Shown piece after piece: positions 32,125 to 45,477 of a DNA stretch of 64,000 nucleotides. A model generated the notes under the pieces. The model had not been told where the DNA came from and made no database searches. It saw only the letters and a program-made list of their open reading frames with translations. The stretch comes from Eledone cirrhosa (taxonomy: Eukaryota): NCBI GenBank assembly GCA_964016885.1, contig OZ024752.1:7812001-7876000 (forward strand), in the 5' to 3' direction. Every line of letters starts with the position of its first letter. Position 1 is the stretch's first letter. The translations under genes were made by a program, and so were the position numbers.

Positions 32125-32302
32125 GGTTCTGAAGTCCCTGATGTTAATTCAGTGCTTCCTGATGTGACAACCCAGTTGAACAAGTTTGCTGATGTGTTGA
32201 AAGCCACCGACTTGTATAAACTATATTACTTCCACCCTTTCTGTAAAGGGGCCCTGTGTTTGGTGACCTGTATTCCAATGGAATCGAAGCTTGTTATCAA
32301 CG
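32125..32302 (+). CDS. FBXO7: FBXO7 exon 4 (FP domain)
   Basis: YKLYYFHPFCKGALCLVTCIPMESKLVING resembles the FBXO7 stretch YKLQYxHPLC...LTCVP; caag acceptor, G|gtaagt donor. Confidence 0.92.
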
Positions 32303-32699
32303 GTAAGTTTCTTTTTATCATCATCATCGTTTTTACATCTGTTTTGCATGCCTGCTACTTGTTTTTTGGTCACACACACGTATGCACACGTGTGCGGGCC
32401 AGGCTTCTGCAGTTTCTGCTCGTTGAATTCCACTCACAAGGAACCAGTGAACCCAAGGTTATAGGTGAAGGTATTTACCCGGGGTGCCATGTTGTTAGAC
32501 TGAACTCAGAACTATGTACTTGTAAAGTGAACTAAACCCAAACATCATTTGTTTACTGAGTAGGAACTTGTTAAATCAGACCAAGGAAACAATGTTTCCA
32601 TTGGTCTTTCCATTACTGATACTATCTACCAGTCACACCTTTTAAACCTAAAGTGAAGAACAAAAGAAATAATTTAACACAATTTCCATCTGTTTTCAG

Positions 32700-32786
32700 G
32701 TAAAGTTGTGGCCCCTAAAGTAAAGAACAGCTGTTTACCAAAAGCCATTTTCAGTACTCAGAAATATGTAAATGAAGTGAAGTCAG
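32700..32786 (+). CDS. FBXO7: FBXO7 exon 5
   Basis: ttttcag|GT AAA GTT...TCA G|gtttgt; KVVAPKVKNSCLPKAIFSTQKYVNEVKS; phase 1-1 bridges exons 4 and 6. Confidence 0.85.
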
Positions 32787-33257
32787 GTTTGTTTTATTAC
32801 TTATGATGATAATAATTTCTTAGTTTTAACTAAAGATGATTAAGAATGGGTTAACCCCTTCATAACGGGATTTCTAATGAAGTACACTATTTCAATTAAC
32901 TAAGGACACATTTTGAAGGATTTACTAAAATTATTAATTATTTCATTACAAAGATAATAACTTATATAAAATAATTATGTTTAAATTTAAAATGGGAGTC
33001 AGATTTGTTTCATAGAACAAGATTCAATTTTGGCCAAGTTATAAAGAGGTTTATAAGGGGAGTGAATCATGAGGCACCAAACTGGATAACATAGAGTTGT
33101 AGACCCTAACCGTTTTGATATCAACCCACCTGAGATGGTCCCTGGTTCTATAATACAAAAACATCTATTTAAAAATGTTTATATTTAAATCAAAAATATT
33201 TTATCGCGATTTTATGTGAAAACTTTTCATTAAAGAAAACATTATATTATGTAACAA

Positions 33258-33450
33258 AGGGCGGTGGATTGGCAGTATTGGTAGAGGGTCGGACGCCATG
33301 CTTAGCAGCATAGAGTTACGGCCCTTTATGCTCTGAGTTTAAATTCCGCCGAGGTTAACTTTGCCTTTCATCTTTACGTGGTCGATAAAATAAAGTACCA
33401 GTAATGTACTGGGGTAATTGCTGGTCTTGTACCAAAAGTAGAAACAATTA
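33258..33450 (+). mobile_element. tRNA-derived SINE
   Basis: Full head, core and tail of the same family. Confidence 0.85.
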
Positions 33451-33822
33451 TATTATGTACCAAACATTAATTAATAAAAAAAAATTGAAATCCCTCTTGA
33501 TTATCTTGAAGATGGATGTTAATCGATGATGATGATGAACTCTCTTTAAAAATATGGTTATGAAAGGATTAATCTGGCTAATTATTCATTTAGGTCTAAT
33601 TAGGCAAGATTTCTACCAATTCACTGACCATTCAAATTATATTTCCGAAAATATCCAAATTTCACAAATGAGTTATCAAAATCTTTCTTTTCCGATATTT
33701 TCCAAGACAAAGAGTAGGAGTTAAATTTAAAGATTTCCAAAAATTCACAGTGATTCCTAATGAAATATAAAACCATTTTATGAGGAATTATTCTAAATTG
33801 TTTTCTTTTTTATTTGTTTCAG

Positions 33823-33915
33823 TGTCGTCAGCGGCAACTTACCGGAAGTTACCTCAGCTCAATCGTATTTTCAAAGATACTTTTGCCTTATGTATGTTGG
33901 GAGAATTAAAGCATG
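33823..33915 (+). CDS. FBXO7: FBXO7 exon 6 (end of FP domain)
   Basis: VSSAATYRKLPQLNRIFKDTFALCMLGELKH resembles YxxLxxLSRLFKD; strong tttcag acceptor, G|gttagt donor. Confidence 0.9.
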
Positions 33916-34464
33916 GTTAGTACTCAAACAAGTTTCTATGAATAACACCTTTCAACTGTTAATGTCCTGTACTACATGAAACTGCATTAGTAGAAAAATA
34001 TAAAACCATTTTAACTGGCTGCTTCACATTAACAATTGAAGTTCTTATTCTCATATTGAATAGTTTCACAAGGATATGTTAAGTAGTAAAGATACTGTAA
34101 ACATTTGAATTAACAAACCCATTTAAAACATATTTTCTGTTAAATCATTACAAGATGTTAAGAGTTAAAGAAAACCTCTTCTTTTCCCACTTATTCCTGA
34201 GAGGGTTGTTGGGGTAGGGTCCTCAAGCATTCCTTCCGTGGGTCCTGTCTGAAGCAACTGTCTCCAACTGATCTGGTTTAGGGTCTCAGGATATGCAATA
34301 TTTGTGCGTCCATCCCACGCCTCGCTGGGCAAGTTGCACGCCCATTGCCAGTTTTTGCGGCATAAAATGGAGACTGCAATATATTTTTCGAACAGGTCCC
34401 TCTATCTAAGGCAAGAAAACTTTAGTAAAATCAAAATATAGATCAACATATAACTACAGAACAC

Positions 34465-35360
34465 CTCTACCAGTTCAGCCATAATATAGTTCACCACATC
34501 TACCAGCTGTCATAATATAGTTCACCACATCTACCAGCTCAGCCATAATATAGTTCACCACATCTACCAGCTCAGCCATAATATAGTTCACCACATCTAC
34601 CAGCTCAGCCATAATATAGTTCACCACATCTATCAGCTCAGCCATAATATAGTTCACCATATAACTAGAGAACACCTCTGTCTACCTTCTCAGCCATAAT
34701 CTCTGCTTACTTCTATTTCTGTTGTCCCATTAGTTCCACCTTCCTATCAAATCAACGACATCTCTGTCAACTGTGTCAACCTATCTCTATTGTCATCTTT
34801 CTAGTGTCACATTGGTTTATGTCACCAATACAGAACTTTGAGGATTTGCTAAAGTTAACTGAAAAGCTAGCCCAGCAAACGTTGAGATTAGCTAGTCACT
34901 GTGAGCCAGGGTCAATGTGTGAGTCGGGGTCACTGTGTGAGTCAGGGTCACTGTGTGAGTCAGGGTCACTGTGTGAGTCAAGGTCACTGTGTGAGTCAGG
35001 GTCACTATGTCAGTCAGGGTCACTGTGTCAGTCAAGGTTACTGTGTCAGTTAGGGTCACTGTGTCAGTCAAGGTTACTGTGTAAGTCAGGGTCACTGCAT
35101 GAGACGGTCACTATGTCAGTCAGGGTCACTGTGTGAGTCAAGGTTACTGTGTCAGTCAGGGTCACTTGTCAGTCAAGGTCACTGTCAGTCAAGGTTACTG
35201 TGTGAGTCAGGGTCACTGTCAGTCAATGTTACTGTGTGAGACAGGGTCAGTATGTCAGTCAGGGTCACTGTGTGAGTCAAGGTTACTGTGTGAGGCAAGG
35301 TCACTATGTCAGTCAAAGTCACTGTGTCAGTCAAGGTCACTGTGTGCGTCAAGGGTCTTT
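34465..35360. repeat. 33-bp (34465-34660) and 18-bp (34900-35360) minisatellites
   Basis: (ataatatagttcaccacatctaccagctcagcc)n; (gggtcactgtgtgagtca)n. Confidence 0.92.
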
Positions 35361-35610
35361 ATGTGAGACATCAAGATATGGTTTCAAATCTTGAGTTATG
35401 GTAGCCACTACATCAGTGAATTAACTGTAGGAGACACTAAATTAATTGATATACTTCAAAGTAGCCACAGTGATGGTGGGTCGGTGTATTTGGTATGGAG
35501 GTGTTTCATTCAATTAGAAGATTTCTTGAAAGATAACAATATAAAACTTATATAAAATTACAAAAGATTTTTTTTTAAATGATCTTTTTTTCCTGTTAAT
35601 TTTGTTGCAG

Positions 35611-35663
35611 CTCTTGGCTTTCCTGACTACACGGGTCTACTTGGGTTACCCTATGAAATCATG
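35611..35663 (+). CDS. FBXO7: FBXO7 exon 7 (F-box start)
   Basis: ALGFPDYTGLLGLPYEIM contains the F-box L..LP.E motif; ttgcag acceptor, ATG|gtaggt donor. Confidence 0.92.
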
Positions 35664-36020
35664 GTAGGTACAGTCTTATTATTATTTCTAAACATTAACC
35701 CTTTTTATGTCAAGCCACCCGAAACCACCTGTTTTTATCATAAAAAATTGTTTAACTAAAACCTTTCTATTATGATTTTTATTAGTTCTGTCCCTGATGT
35801 AAGCTTGACTATTTAGCATTTATACCAGTTATATCCCCAGACACCATGTATATAATTAGATACACCAGACACTGTATATATAGTTATATACACCAGACAC
35901 TGTATATATAGTTATATATGGTCTACAATGTTATATACACCATGTCTACAATGTTATATACACCATATATACAATGTTATATACACCATATATACAATGT
36001 TATATACACCATATATACAA

Positions 36021-37257
36021 TGGGTGCATAAATGATGTAGTGGGATCACAGGTAAGCTAACTAAGAACATAGATTTTACATGTGGCCGGTGCTCTGGTGC
36101 AATAAGTAGCAGCAAGTGCCCACAAAATACTAGCTCCTTCAACTGCGCAGAGGGTTCTATAGAAATAGTGGACAGCTTCCGTTATCTGGGTGACAAAATC
36201 AGCAGTGGGGGAGGGTGCTCTGAAAGTACAGTAGCTAGAGTCAGAACTGGATGGAAAAAGTTCAGAGAGCTTATACCACTATTAGCCGCTAAAGGGTTCT
36301 CCCTAAAAATGAAAGGCAGGTTATACGATGCCTGCATACGAACAGCAATGCTGCATGGCAGTGAGACCTGGGCATTGTGTGCAGAGGATATACGCAGACT
36401 AGAGAGGAACGAAGCTTGCATGCTCCGCTGGATGTGCAATAGTAATATACGTGAACGGCAAAGCATAAACGAACTAAGGAAAAAATTAGAAATAAGAGGG
36501 ATCAGATGTTGTTTACTCGAGAGAAGGCTACGTTGGTACGGTCACGTGATGCGCATGAAAGACGACAGCTGTATAACAAAGTGCAGGGCAATAAAGATAG
36601 ACGGTAGCCACGGAGTAGGCAGACCCAGAAAAACATGGGACGAGCTGATAAATTCCGACCTCACACGCTTACACCTCTCCAAGACAATGTCACTGGACCG
36701 AGACCTTTGGCGGTACTCAGTAATAGAGAAGACCCGCCTTACCTAAATACAAAGTAAAAACCTACTACAGTCAGTAGGCATCTCTATCAAAACACACCCC
36801 CGTCCCACCACCTCCACCCCATCCACACCATCCCTTTCAATGTAAAGTTATGTTGGTCCCACAACATCCAGGCCGAAACAAATGAGATCGTGTAGGTGTC
36901 ACGGCAAAAAACACACAGTCCACGCTGTAAATGTGGCCGTGTAGGCAACACGGTAAAAACCTCCCAGCCCCACACTGTAAATGTGGTTGGTGTTAGGAAG
37001 GGCATCCAGCTGTAGAAAACCCGCCAGACAGTCCACGCTGTAATGTCGCCGTGTAGGCAACACGGTAAAAACCTCCCAGCCCCACACTGTAAATGTGGTT
37101 GGTGTTAGGAAGGGCATCCAACTGTAGAAAACCCGCCAGACAGTCCTATGCGAGCAAGACAACCACTCTTGCCTCAAGTGGGAAAACCCCCGTCCAAACC
37201 CATGCAAGCGTGGAACACGGACGTTAAACCTGATGATGATGATGATGATGATGATGA
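36021..37257 (+). mobile_element. RTE LINE 3' portion inserted in a minisatellite (FBXO7 intron 7)
   Basis: ORF 36168-36746 (FRYLGD, MLHGSETW, LRWYGHVMRM, GRPRKTW); 3' UTR with an internal duplication of about 110 bp; (GAT)n tail. Confidence 0.92.
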
Positions 37258-40190
37258 TACAATGTTACATACACCATATATACAATGTTATATACACCAT
37301 ATATACAATGTTATATACACCATGTCTACAATGTTACATACACCATATATACAATGTTACATACACCATATATACAATGTTATATACACCATATATACAA
37401 TGTTATATACACCATATATACAATGTTATATACACCATGTCTACAATGTTATATACACCATATATACAATGTTATATACACCATATATACAATGTTATAT
37501 ACACCATATATACAATGTTATATACACCATGTCTACAATGTTATATACACCATATATACAATGTTATATACACCATGTCTACAATGTTATATACACCATA
37601 TATACAATGTTATATACACCATGTCTACAATGTTATATACACCATGTCTACAATGTTATATACAGCATATATACAAATGTTATATACACCATATATACAA
37701 TGTTATATACACCATATATACAATGTTATATACACCATATATACAATGTTATATACACCATATATACAATGTTATATACACCATGTCTACAATGTTATAT
37801 ACACCATGTCTACAATGTTATATACACCATATATACAATGTTATATACACCATATATACAATGTTATATACACCATGTCCACAATGTTATATACACCATA
37901 TATACACCATATATACAATGTTATATACACCATGTCTACAATGTTATATACACCATATATACAAATGTTATATACACCATATATACAAAGTTATATACAC
38001 CACATATACAAAGTTATATACACCATATATACAATGTTATATACACCATATATACAATGTTATATACACCATGTCTACAATGTTATATACACCATATATA
38101 CAATGTTATATACACCATATATACAATGTTATATACACCATGTCTACAATGTTATATACACCATATATACAATGTTATATACACCATGTCTACAACGTTA
38201 TATACAATGTTATATACACCATGTCTACAATATTATATACACCATATATACAATGTTATATACACCATATATACAATGTTATATACACCATGTCTACAAT
38301 GTTATATACACCATATATACAATGTTATATACACCATATATACAATGTTATATACACCATGTCTACAATGTTATATACACCATATATACAATGTTATATA
38401 CACCATGTCTACAACGTTATATACAATGTTATATACACCATGTCTACAATATTATATACACCATATATACAATGTTATATACACCATGTCTACAATGTTA
38501 TATACACCATGTCTACAATGTTATATACACCATGTCTACAATGTTATATACACCATATATACAATGTTATATACACCATGTCTACAATGTTATATACACC
38601 ATATATACAATGTTATATACACCATGTCTACAATGTTATATACACCATATATACAATGTTATATACACCATATATACAATGTTATATACACCATATATAC
38701 AATGTTATATACACCATGTCTACAATGTTATATACACCATATATACAATGTTATATACACCATATATATACAATGTTATATACACCATGTCTACAATGTT
38801 ATATACACCATATATACAACGTTATATACACCATGTCTACAATGTTATATACACCATGTCTACAATGTTATATACACCATGTCTACAATGTTATATACAC
38901 CATGTCTACAATGTTATATACACCATATATACAATATTATATACACCATATATACAATGTTATATACACCATGTCTACAATGTTATATACACCATATATA
39001 CAATGTTATATACACCATGTCTACAATGTTATATACACCATGTCTACAATGTTATATACACCATGTCTACAATGTTATATACACCATATATACAATGTTA
39101 TATACACCATATATACAATGTTATATACACCATATATACAATGTTATATACACCATGTCTACAATGTTATATACACCATATATACAATGTTATATACACC
39201 ATGTCTACAATGTTATATACACCATATATACAATGTTATATACACCATGTCTACAATGTTATATACACCATGTCTACAATGTTATATACACCATGTCTAC
39301 AATGTTATATACACCATATATACAAATGTTATATACACCATATATACAATGTTATATACACCATATATACAATGTTATATACACCATGTCTACAATGTTA
39401 TATACACCATATATACAATGTTATATACACCATGTCTACAATGTTATATACACCATGTCTACAGTGTTATATACACCATATATACAATGTTATATACACC
39501 ATGTCTACAATGTTATATACACCATATATACACCATATATACAATGTTATATACACCATATATACACCATATATACAATGTTATATACACCATGTCTACA
39601 ATGTTATATACACCATATATACAATGTTATATACACCATGTCTACAATGTTATATACACCATGTCTACAATGTTATATACACCATATATACAATGTTATA
39701 TACACCATGTCTACAATGTTATATACACCATATATACAATGTTATATACACCATGTCTACAATGTTATATACACCATATATACAATGTTATATACACCAT
39801 GTCTACAATGTTATATACACCATATATACAATGTTATATACACCATGTTTACAATGTTATATACACCATATATACAATGTTATATACACCATGTCTACAA
39901 TGTTATATACACCATGTCTACAATGTTATATACACCATGTCTACAATGTTATATACACCATATATACAATGTTATATACACCATGTCTACAATGTTATAT
40001 ACACCATATATACAATGTTATATACACCATGTCTACAATGTTATATACACCATGTCTACAATGTTATATACACCATGTCTACAATGTTATATACACCATG
40101 TCTACAATGTTATATACACCATGTCTACAATGTTATATACACCATATATACAATGTTATATACACCATATATACAATGTTATATACACCA
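37258..40190. repeat. 23-bp minisatellite, about 2.9 kb (plus 35920-36020)
   Basis: (tacaatgttatatacacca[tata/tgtc])n; ends at the FBXO7 exon 8 acceptor. Confidence 0.97.
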
Positions 40191-40191
40191 G

Positions 40192-40315
40192 GTGAAACTG
40201 ATGAGTAAACTTGACGTGAGAAGTCTGTCAAATTTAAGTCAAGTCTGTCGAAATTTGTGGAGTTTAAGTCAAGATAATTTATTGTGGAAAACTTTGTGTG
40301 AGAGAGACTTTGAAG
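40192..40315 (+). CDS. FBXO7: FBXO7 exon 8 (F-box)
   Basis: VKLMSKLDVRSLSNLSQVCRNLWSLSQDNLLWKTLCERDFE is the F-box core (LDVRS...VCR...LW...RDF); G|gtaagt donor; the acceptor lies in the last minisatellite unit. Confidence 0.93.
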
Positions 40316-40354
40316 GTAAGTTGGCTGAATACATCACTTTCACCATATTGTGGG

Positions 40355-40555
40355 ACTGGTATGACAGTGTCGGACGTCTTGCAGTTTCAAGTTACGTCCC
40401 TTTATGTTCTCAGTTCAAATTCCGCTGAGGTTAGCTTTGCCTTTCATCCTTACTGGGGTTGATAAAATAATGTACCAGTAATGTACTGGGGGTCAATTTC
40501 ATCGACTTTATCCTCCTCTTCAAATTGCTGGCCTTGTGCCTATAGTAGAAATCAT
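40355..40555 (+). mobile_element. tRNA-derived SINE
   Basis: Same core. Further partial copies at about 24172-24224 (-) and 43878-43972 (+). Confidence 0.8.
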
Positions 40556-40569
40556 TATTATTATAGTAG

Positions 40570-41180
40570 AAACTAGCAGAATGACCCGGTGTTGCTCGGG
40601 ATTTACTCTAGGTTCTTATATATTTGATATATATTTATCCTTATCGAGCCTCGTGAAATAAATACGTTTGTTTATATTTTGTTATTGTGTATGCAAAAAT
40701 ATCTGTACACGAATATATAATTATATATATATATTAAAATAACAGATTAAAGTTTAAGCAAAGAATCGCTGCTTTCACCCTTAACGGGATCTTCTGAAAC
40801 TAAAAAAATTAATCTGTGAACACAGAAGTAAATATTTCGAAAAACGTTACACACTATATATATATATATACACACACTATATATACATACACACACACAT
40901 ATAGCGACATCATAATGTTGTAATGCAGACAGCCAGACATACAGAAAGATATTATAAGGACGCAACGTTATATCTATGTATCTATCTAAAAGGAAAGACT
41001 AAGAATTATAGAGAGAGATCGCTAAATCACCTAATGCGGTCCCTAGGACATTGAAAATTTGAAATTTCTTTTGTTCAAAACACTCACGGGACCATAAGTA
41101 TTACATATGTAAAGTTTGAAAAAAGTCGGTTGGGTGGTTCTCGAGTTTTAGGGAGTCAGACAGACATTCTCTGTTTTAGT
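40570..41180 (+). mobile_element. Helitron/Helentron-like non-autonomous element
   Basis: Starts actagcagaatgacccggtgttgctcggg (sub-terminal hairpin) and ends ...cagacagacattctctgtttta, the layout of DINE/HINE-type elements. Confidence 0.5.
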
Positions 41181-41870
41181 AGTGCTATCTTTTGTATGTT
41201 GTATATATTTGTAAGTCCTGGGGTACTCTATATAATATATATACAGTACCTAGTAGTGCTATCTTCTGTATGTTGTATATATTTGTAAGTCCTGTGGTAC
41301 TCTATATAATATATATACAGTACCTAGTAGTGCTATCTTCTGTATGTTGTATATATTTGTAAGTCCTGTGGTACTCTATATAATATATATACAGTACCTA
41401 GTAGTGTTATCTTTTGTATGTTGTATATATTTGTAAGTCCTGTGGTACTCTATATAATATATATACAGTACCTAGTAGTGTTATCTTTTGTATGTTGTAT
41501 ATATTTGTAAGTCCTGTGGTACTCTATATAATATATATACAGTACCTAGTAGTGCTATCTTCTGTATGTTGTATATATTTGTAAGTCCTGTGGTACTCTA
41601 TATAATATATATACAGTACCTAGTAGTGTTATCTTTTGTATGTTGTATATATTTGTAAGTCCTGTGGTACTCTATATAATATATATACAGTACCTAGTAG
41701 TGTTATCTTCTGTATGTGTATATATTTGTAAGTCCTGTGGTACTCTATATAATATATATACAGTATCTAGTAGTGCTATCTTCTGTATGTGTATATATTT
41801 GTAAGTCCTGTGGTACTCTATATAATATATATACAGTACCTAGTAGTGCTATCTTCTGTATGCTGTATAT
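41178..41870. repeat. 74-bp minisatellite
   Basis: About 9 copies; continuous with the 3' end of the REL-LINE. Confidence 0.93.
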
Positions 41871-42600
41871 ATATAAATCCTAGGGTTTTGGCTATGTATC
41901 TGTCTGTGATTTTTATCATTCCCAGAACACCTATTATTGTAGGGATTGTTTCTGTCTTCATCATCCACATTCGAGTTATTTCTATCTCTAGATCTTTATA
42001 TTTGGAGAGTTTCTCTATTTCCTTGGAAGACATATTGTCATCTGTGAGGATTGATACATCTATTAGAAGATATCTTTTTTTTTTATGTCTATAATATCTG
42101 ATTGGTTGGCTTTGATCTCTCTGTCTGTATGTATTGGCATATCCCAGAGAATGGTTGCTTTGTCATTCTCTGACACCTTTCCTGGTGTATGTTTGTACCA
42201 TATTTTTTCTGTTGATATTTCATAATGATGGCATAACTTCCAGTGTATAAAGGTCCCAACTCTTTCATGCCTGTGGATATATTCTTTTTTGTCTAGAGCT
42301 GGCCATCCAGAGACTATGTGGTTCATTGTTTCTTCCCTATCTCCACATATTCTACAGTTACTTATTGTGCTTTGTTTCATTATGTACTTCTGGAAGTTTC
42401 TGGTGGATAGACTATAGTCCTGCACTGCAGTTAGGGAAACCTTCCACCTCAGCTTTTAGTCCAGTGCTTTGGAGCTAGTTTTGTGTGTTTTCTTTGTCTA
42501 CTTCCTATCTATTTAGCTTTTTGTGGGTATTGGTCATGTAAGGATTTCTCTTGCCATCGTTTTAACATGGCATTCTGGAGGTCAGTTTTCAATTTGTTTA
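41830..42600 (-). mobile_element. R2/R4/NeSL-like LINE 3' fragment (CCHC + REL endonuclease), degenerate
   Basis: CRICGDREETMNHIVSG, YIHRHERVG, ILWDMPIHTDREIKANQSDII and EKLSKYKDL motifs. Confidence 0.85.
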
Positions 42601-42662
42601 TTTATTATTATTGTTATTATTATTATTATTATTATTATTTGTGAACCTTAAACCTTTTTCAG

Positions 42663-42700
42663 GTTGTGATACATCAGATGTTTCCAACAACTGGAAGAAA
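42663..42700 (+). CDS. FBXO7: FBXO7 exon 9 (38 nt)
   Basis: tttttcag|GT TGT GAT...TGG AAG AAA|gtaagt; GCDTSDVSNNWKK carries the post-F-box WK motif; phases fit. Confidence 0.88.
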
Positions 42701-43568
42701 GTAAGTGTTCCTTATCATTTAATGTTTGCTACCCCAGAGTTGGGTTTGAACAGAATAAGTCAGTAGTTATTGGAGCTATAGACCTCGCTGGAGGAGCAGG
42801 GTTTGACCACATCTTGTTTACAGAGTGCACTCGGTGCAATATAATCATGGCTCCACCAACACTAAGGAATTTGCTATGTCTTTGACAACCAAAGAGTTTT
42901 CCTGTAGCAACAATACCAACACAGTGTGGTTTAGAATATAGACACTTATACAACATATTTATGTAGAATAGGATGTGATTTGAGGAGGAATTTGTCTGCC
43001 ATTTCTAGCAAGTTAAGTGGTCATATAGAAGCTCTATTGTCTTTCTTCTTATGTCACATCATGTCAGAATAAAGGTGTATATTGAATTATATACAATATC
43101 ATCATCATCATCATCATCATCTTCGTTTAACGTCCATTTTCCAGGCTAGCATGGGTTAGACAATATGTTTATGTATAATAAACATATATGTAATCTTGCA
43201 GTGAGTATTTTAAGCTGTGATCATAGCTTAAACAGTAAGATAACTGTATTTCAATTTTTTGTTCATCTTCAGCTATGCTTACTGAGGTAGAAAAAGCATA
43301 TATTGTACATATTTTGTGAATAAATAATTTTTTTGATAAGTTAATTACATATGATGTAAGCTTGACCAGCTGTGTAATAAATACACACATAGTCTTACTG
43401 AACTACATACAGTGCTCTAACACTGATAGTTGCAATATGGTCGTAGCTTAAAAGACCCTCAGTGAGACTATATATTTATGTAAACATATTGTGTACAAGT
43501 CCAGATGTGTTTATTTTCAATATTCTATGCAAGTTTAAGTTTAATAATTTAAGATATTCTCTCCGCAG

Positions 43569-43737
43569 GAATACAAGAAATGTTATGAATCTAAGAAACT
43601 GATTGAAACTTTAAGAACTAGACAACATCCCATGATGTTTGACGTTCCTCCGCAACCGTTTTTCTTCCGTCCTCCCCCACCCCGTCCTTTTCGAACTATT
43701 GGAGGAGATTATGATGTATACCCAGAATATTTTAACA
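43569..43737 (+). CDS. FBXO7: FBXO7 exon 10 (proline-rich region)
   Basis: EYKKCYESKK...PPQPFFFRPPPPRPFRTIGGDYDVYP carries the IGG[DE]YD motif of the FBXO7 C-terminal region; A|gtaagt donor. Confidence 0.9.
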
Positions 43738-44234
43738 GTAAGTATTTGGTTTTTGGTTTTAATTTCTTGTAATTAGAAATAAAAAAACTTGATGACTAAC
43801 CAGAGATAACACTGTAGAGCAATGGTCGACAACAGGTGGTCCAGGAGAAAATTTTGGTGGTCCGCATTATTTGCAATTCCCCACCGAGGTTAACTTTGCC
43901 TTTCACCCTTATGGGGTCATTAAATAAAGTACCAGTAATACACCAGGGTTTGTGCCAAAAGTAGAAACAATTATTTGCAATTTTTATGTTTTATTAACAA
44001 TAAAATGATGACCGGAAGCTATCAAATAGGACCAACACCTTTGGTTGTTTTCCCACTCAATAATTTAATTAAGATACCAACCCAAGGAACTTAGAGTAGA
44101 CACTCGTATGTTAAATAGTGAGAAAAATGTTTTCATGTGGGTAGAAAGTTTGATTTTCCGGCCCTGGACTAATGCACTAGTTTCTGCGACTCCATCTGTT
44201 GGTGACACTCCAAATGGAACTACCATGCACAGAA

Positions 44235-44880
44235 ACTAGTTGAAAAGGGACCGTGACGAATGGAGAGATGCTGTGCTGGATAGGACCCGTCTCACCCTTG
44301 CAAGCAGAGAAAAGCGGACGTAAAATGATGATGATGATGTAATTGGCTAAGAGTTACTTCATCAACAGGGAATTAGCTACCAACTCACTGCTCTGGTGTA
44401 CCTCAGCCATTGCAGTAGCTCTATTTCAGCAGTACCTGAAGTTGTCTATAAAAGTTCCTCATAGAACCTGTCCTTTTGTTCTCTAGCCAGTCCTACCTGT
44501 GGTACATAGGTAGATGTAATTGTCACCATTCTATTTCCTACTGTTAACCTAACCTTGATAATCCTGCCACTCTACCTTTATCACCTTATCTCTCCATTTA
44601 TCAGCTCGTAACATGTTTACACCTCCTACCCCATCGTTATGACCGACCCAGCAAAGTTTGTATGTTTGCCTGTCAGTATTTCTTGCTGAGGCACCCCTCT
44701 ATCTCACGTCTTAAGTCCACTTCTTTTTAACTCCACAATCTCACCTGATTTACCTTTGAGGGTGGCAATCCTTAATTTTGTACCTTGACAGTTGTTACTT
44801 CCTTGAGTAGAAGTCCTCGAGTACCTGGAAGGGAAGAGGGGTGTGTCCCTACACATGGCTAGCCACCCCACTACCGTGGG
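44235..44880. mobile_element. RTE remnants (3' tail on +, degraded APE region on -)
   Basis: 44235-44340 matches 18630-18733; the - strand LRIATLKGKSGEIVELK resembles the start of an RTE endonuclease. Confidence 0.6.
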
Positions 44881-45059
44881 CATCACTAGTGTTAGTCTTA
44901 TTTGTAGGGCTTTCTATGATTTTGGCAGGGTTTTGATTATTTTCAAAATGATTTGAAAATTCTAGGTGATGTCTTCCATTATGGCAACTAAAATGTTTGT
45001 TTGGTGTTGTTATATCAGAATATTACGACGTATCATAAGATATGTCTTATCTTTTGCAG

Positions 45060-45094
45060 CTGGATCCAGATTCTTCCAAGATCCATTCATATAA
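45060..45094 (+). CDS. FBXO7: FBXO7 probable last coding exon (TGSRFFQDPFI*)
   Basis: cttttgcag acceptor, phase-1 compatible, TAA at 45092-45094. An alternative acceptor exists at 45433. Confidence 0.6.
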
Positions 45095-45477
45095 GACAAC
45101 CAGAGAACCAGGTGGTCACATACTTCATTACTCACTGGCACCAACAAGATTTCAGAAATTTAAGGAGTTTTTCTAAAAGTTTCCAAACACATCATCCTTC
45201 ATCATCATCATTTTCTATCTGTTGTCCCCTGCCAGCATGGGTTGGACACACGGGAGTCTGAGAGTGACATCTTGCTTGTATGTTCTATTTGAACAAGATA
45301 TCGCTCTCAAACCCATCTCACCATAATAACACATCCAACCCATGCTAATATGGAAAACAAATGTAATATGATGATGATGATGATCCTTTCAGCTTATTGA
45401 CTCATTTATATTTGTTTTGTTTCCTCTCCACAGTTTACCAGGTCGGTATTGTTTGTAAATAGCCACAGTTGCTTTCA

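Noticed and set aside
37148-40428. Three overlapping ORFs of about 1000 aa (YIHHIYNVIYT...)
   Set aside because: The 23-bp unit has no stop triplet on +, so all three frames are open. It is intronic in FBXO7; only 40192-40315 is a real exon.
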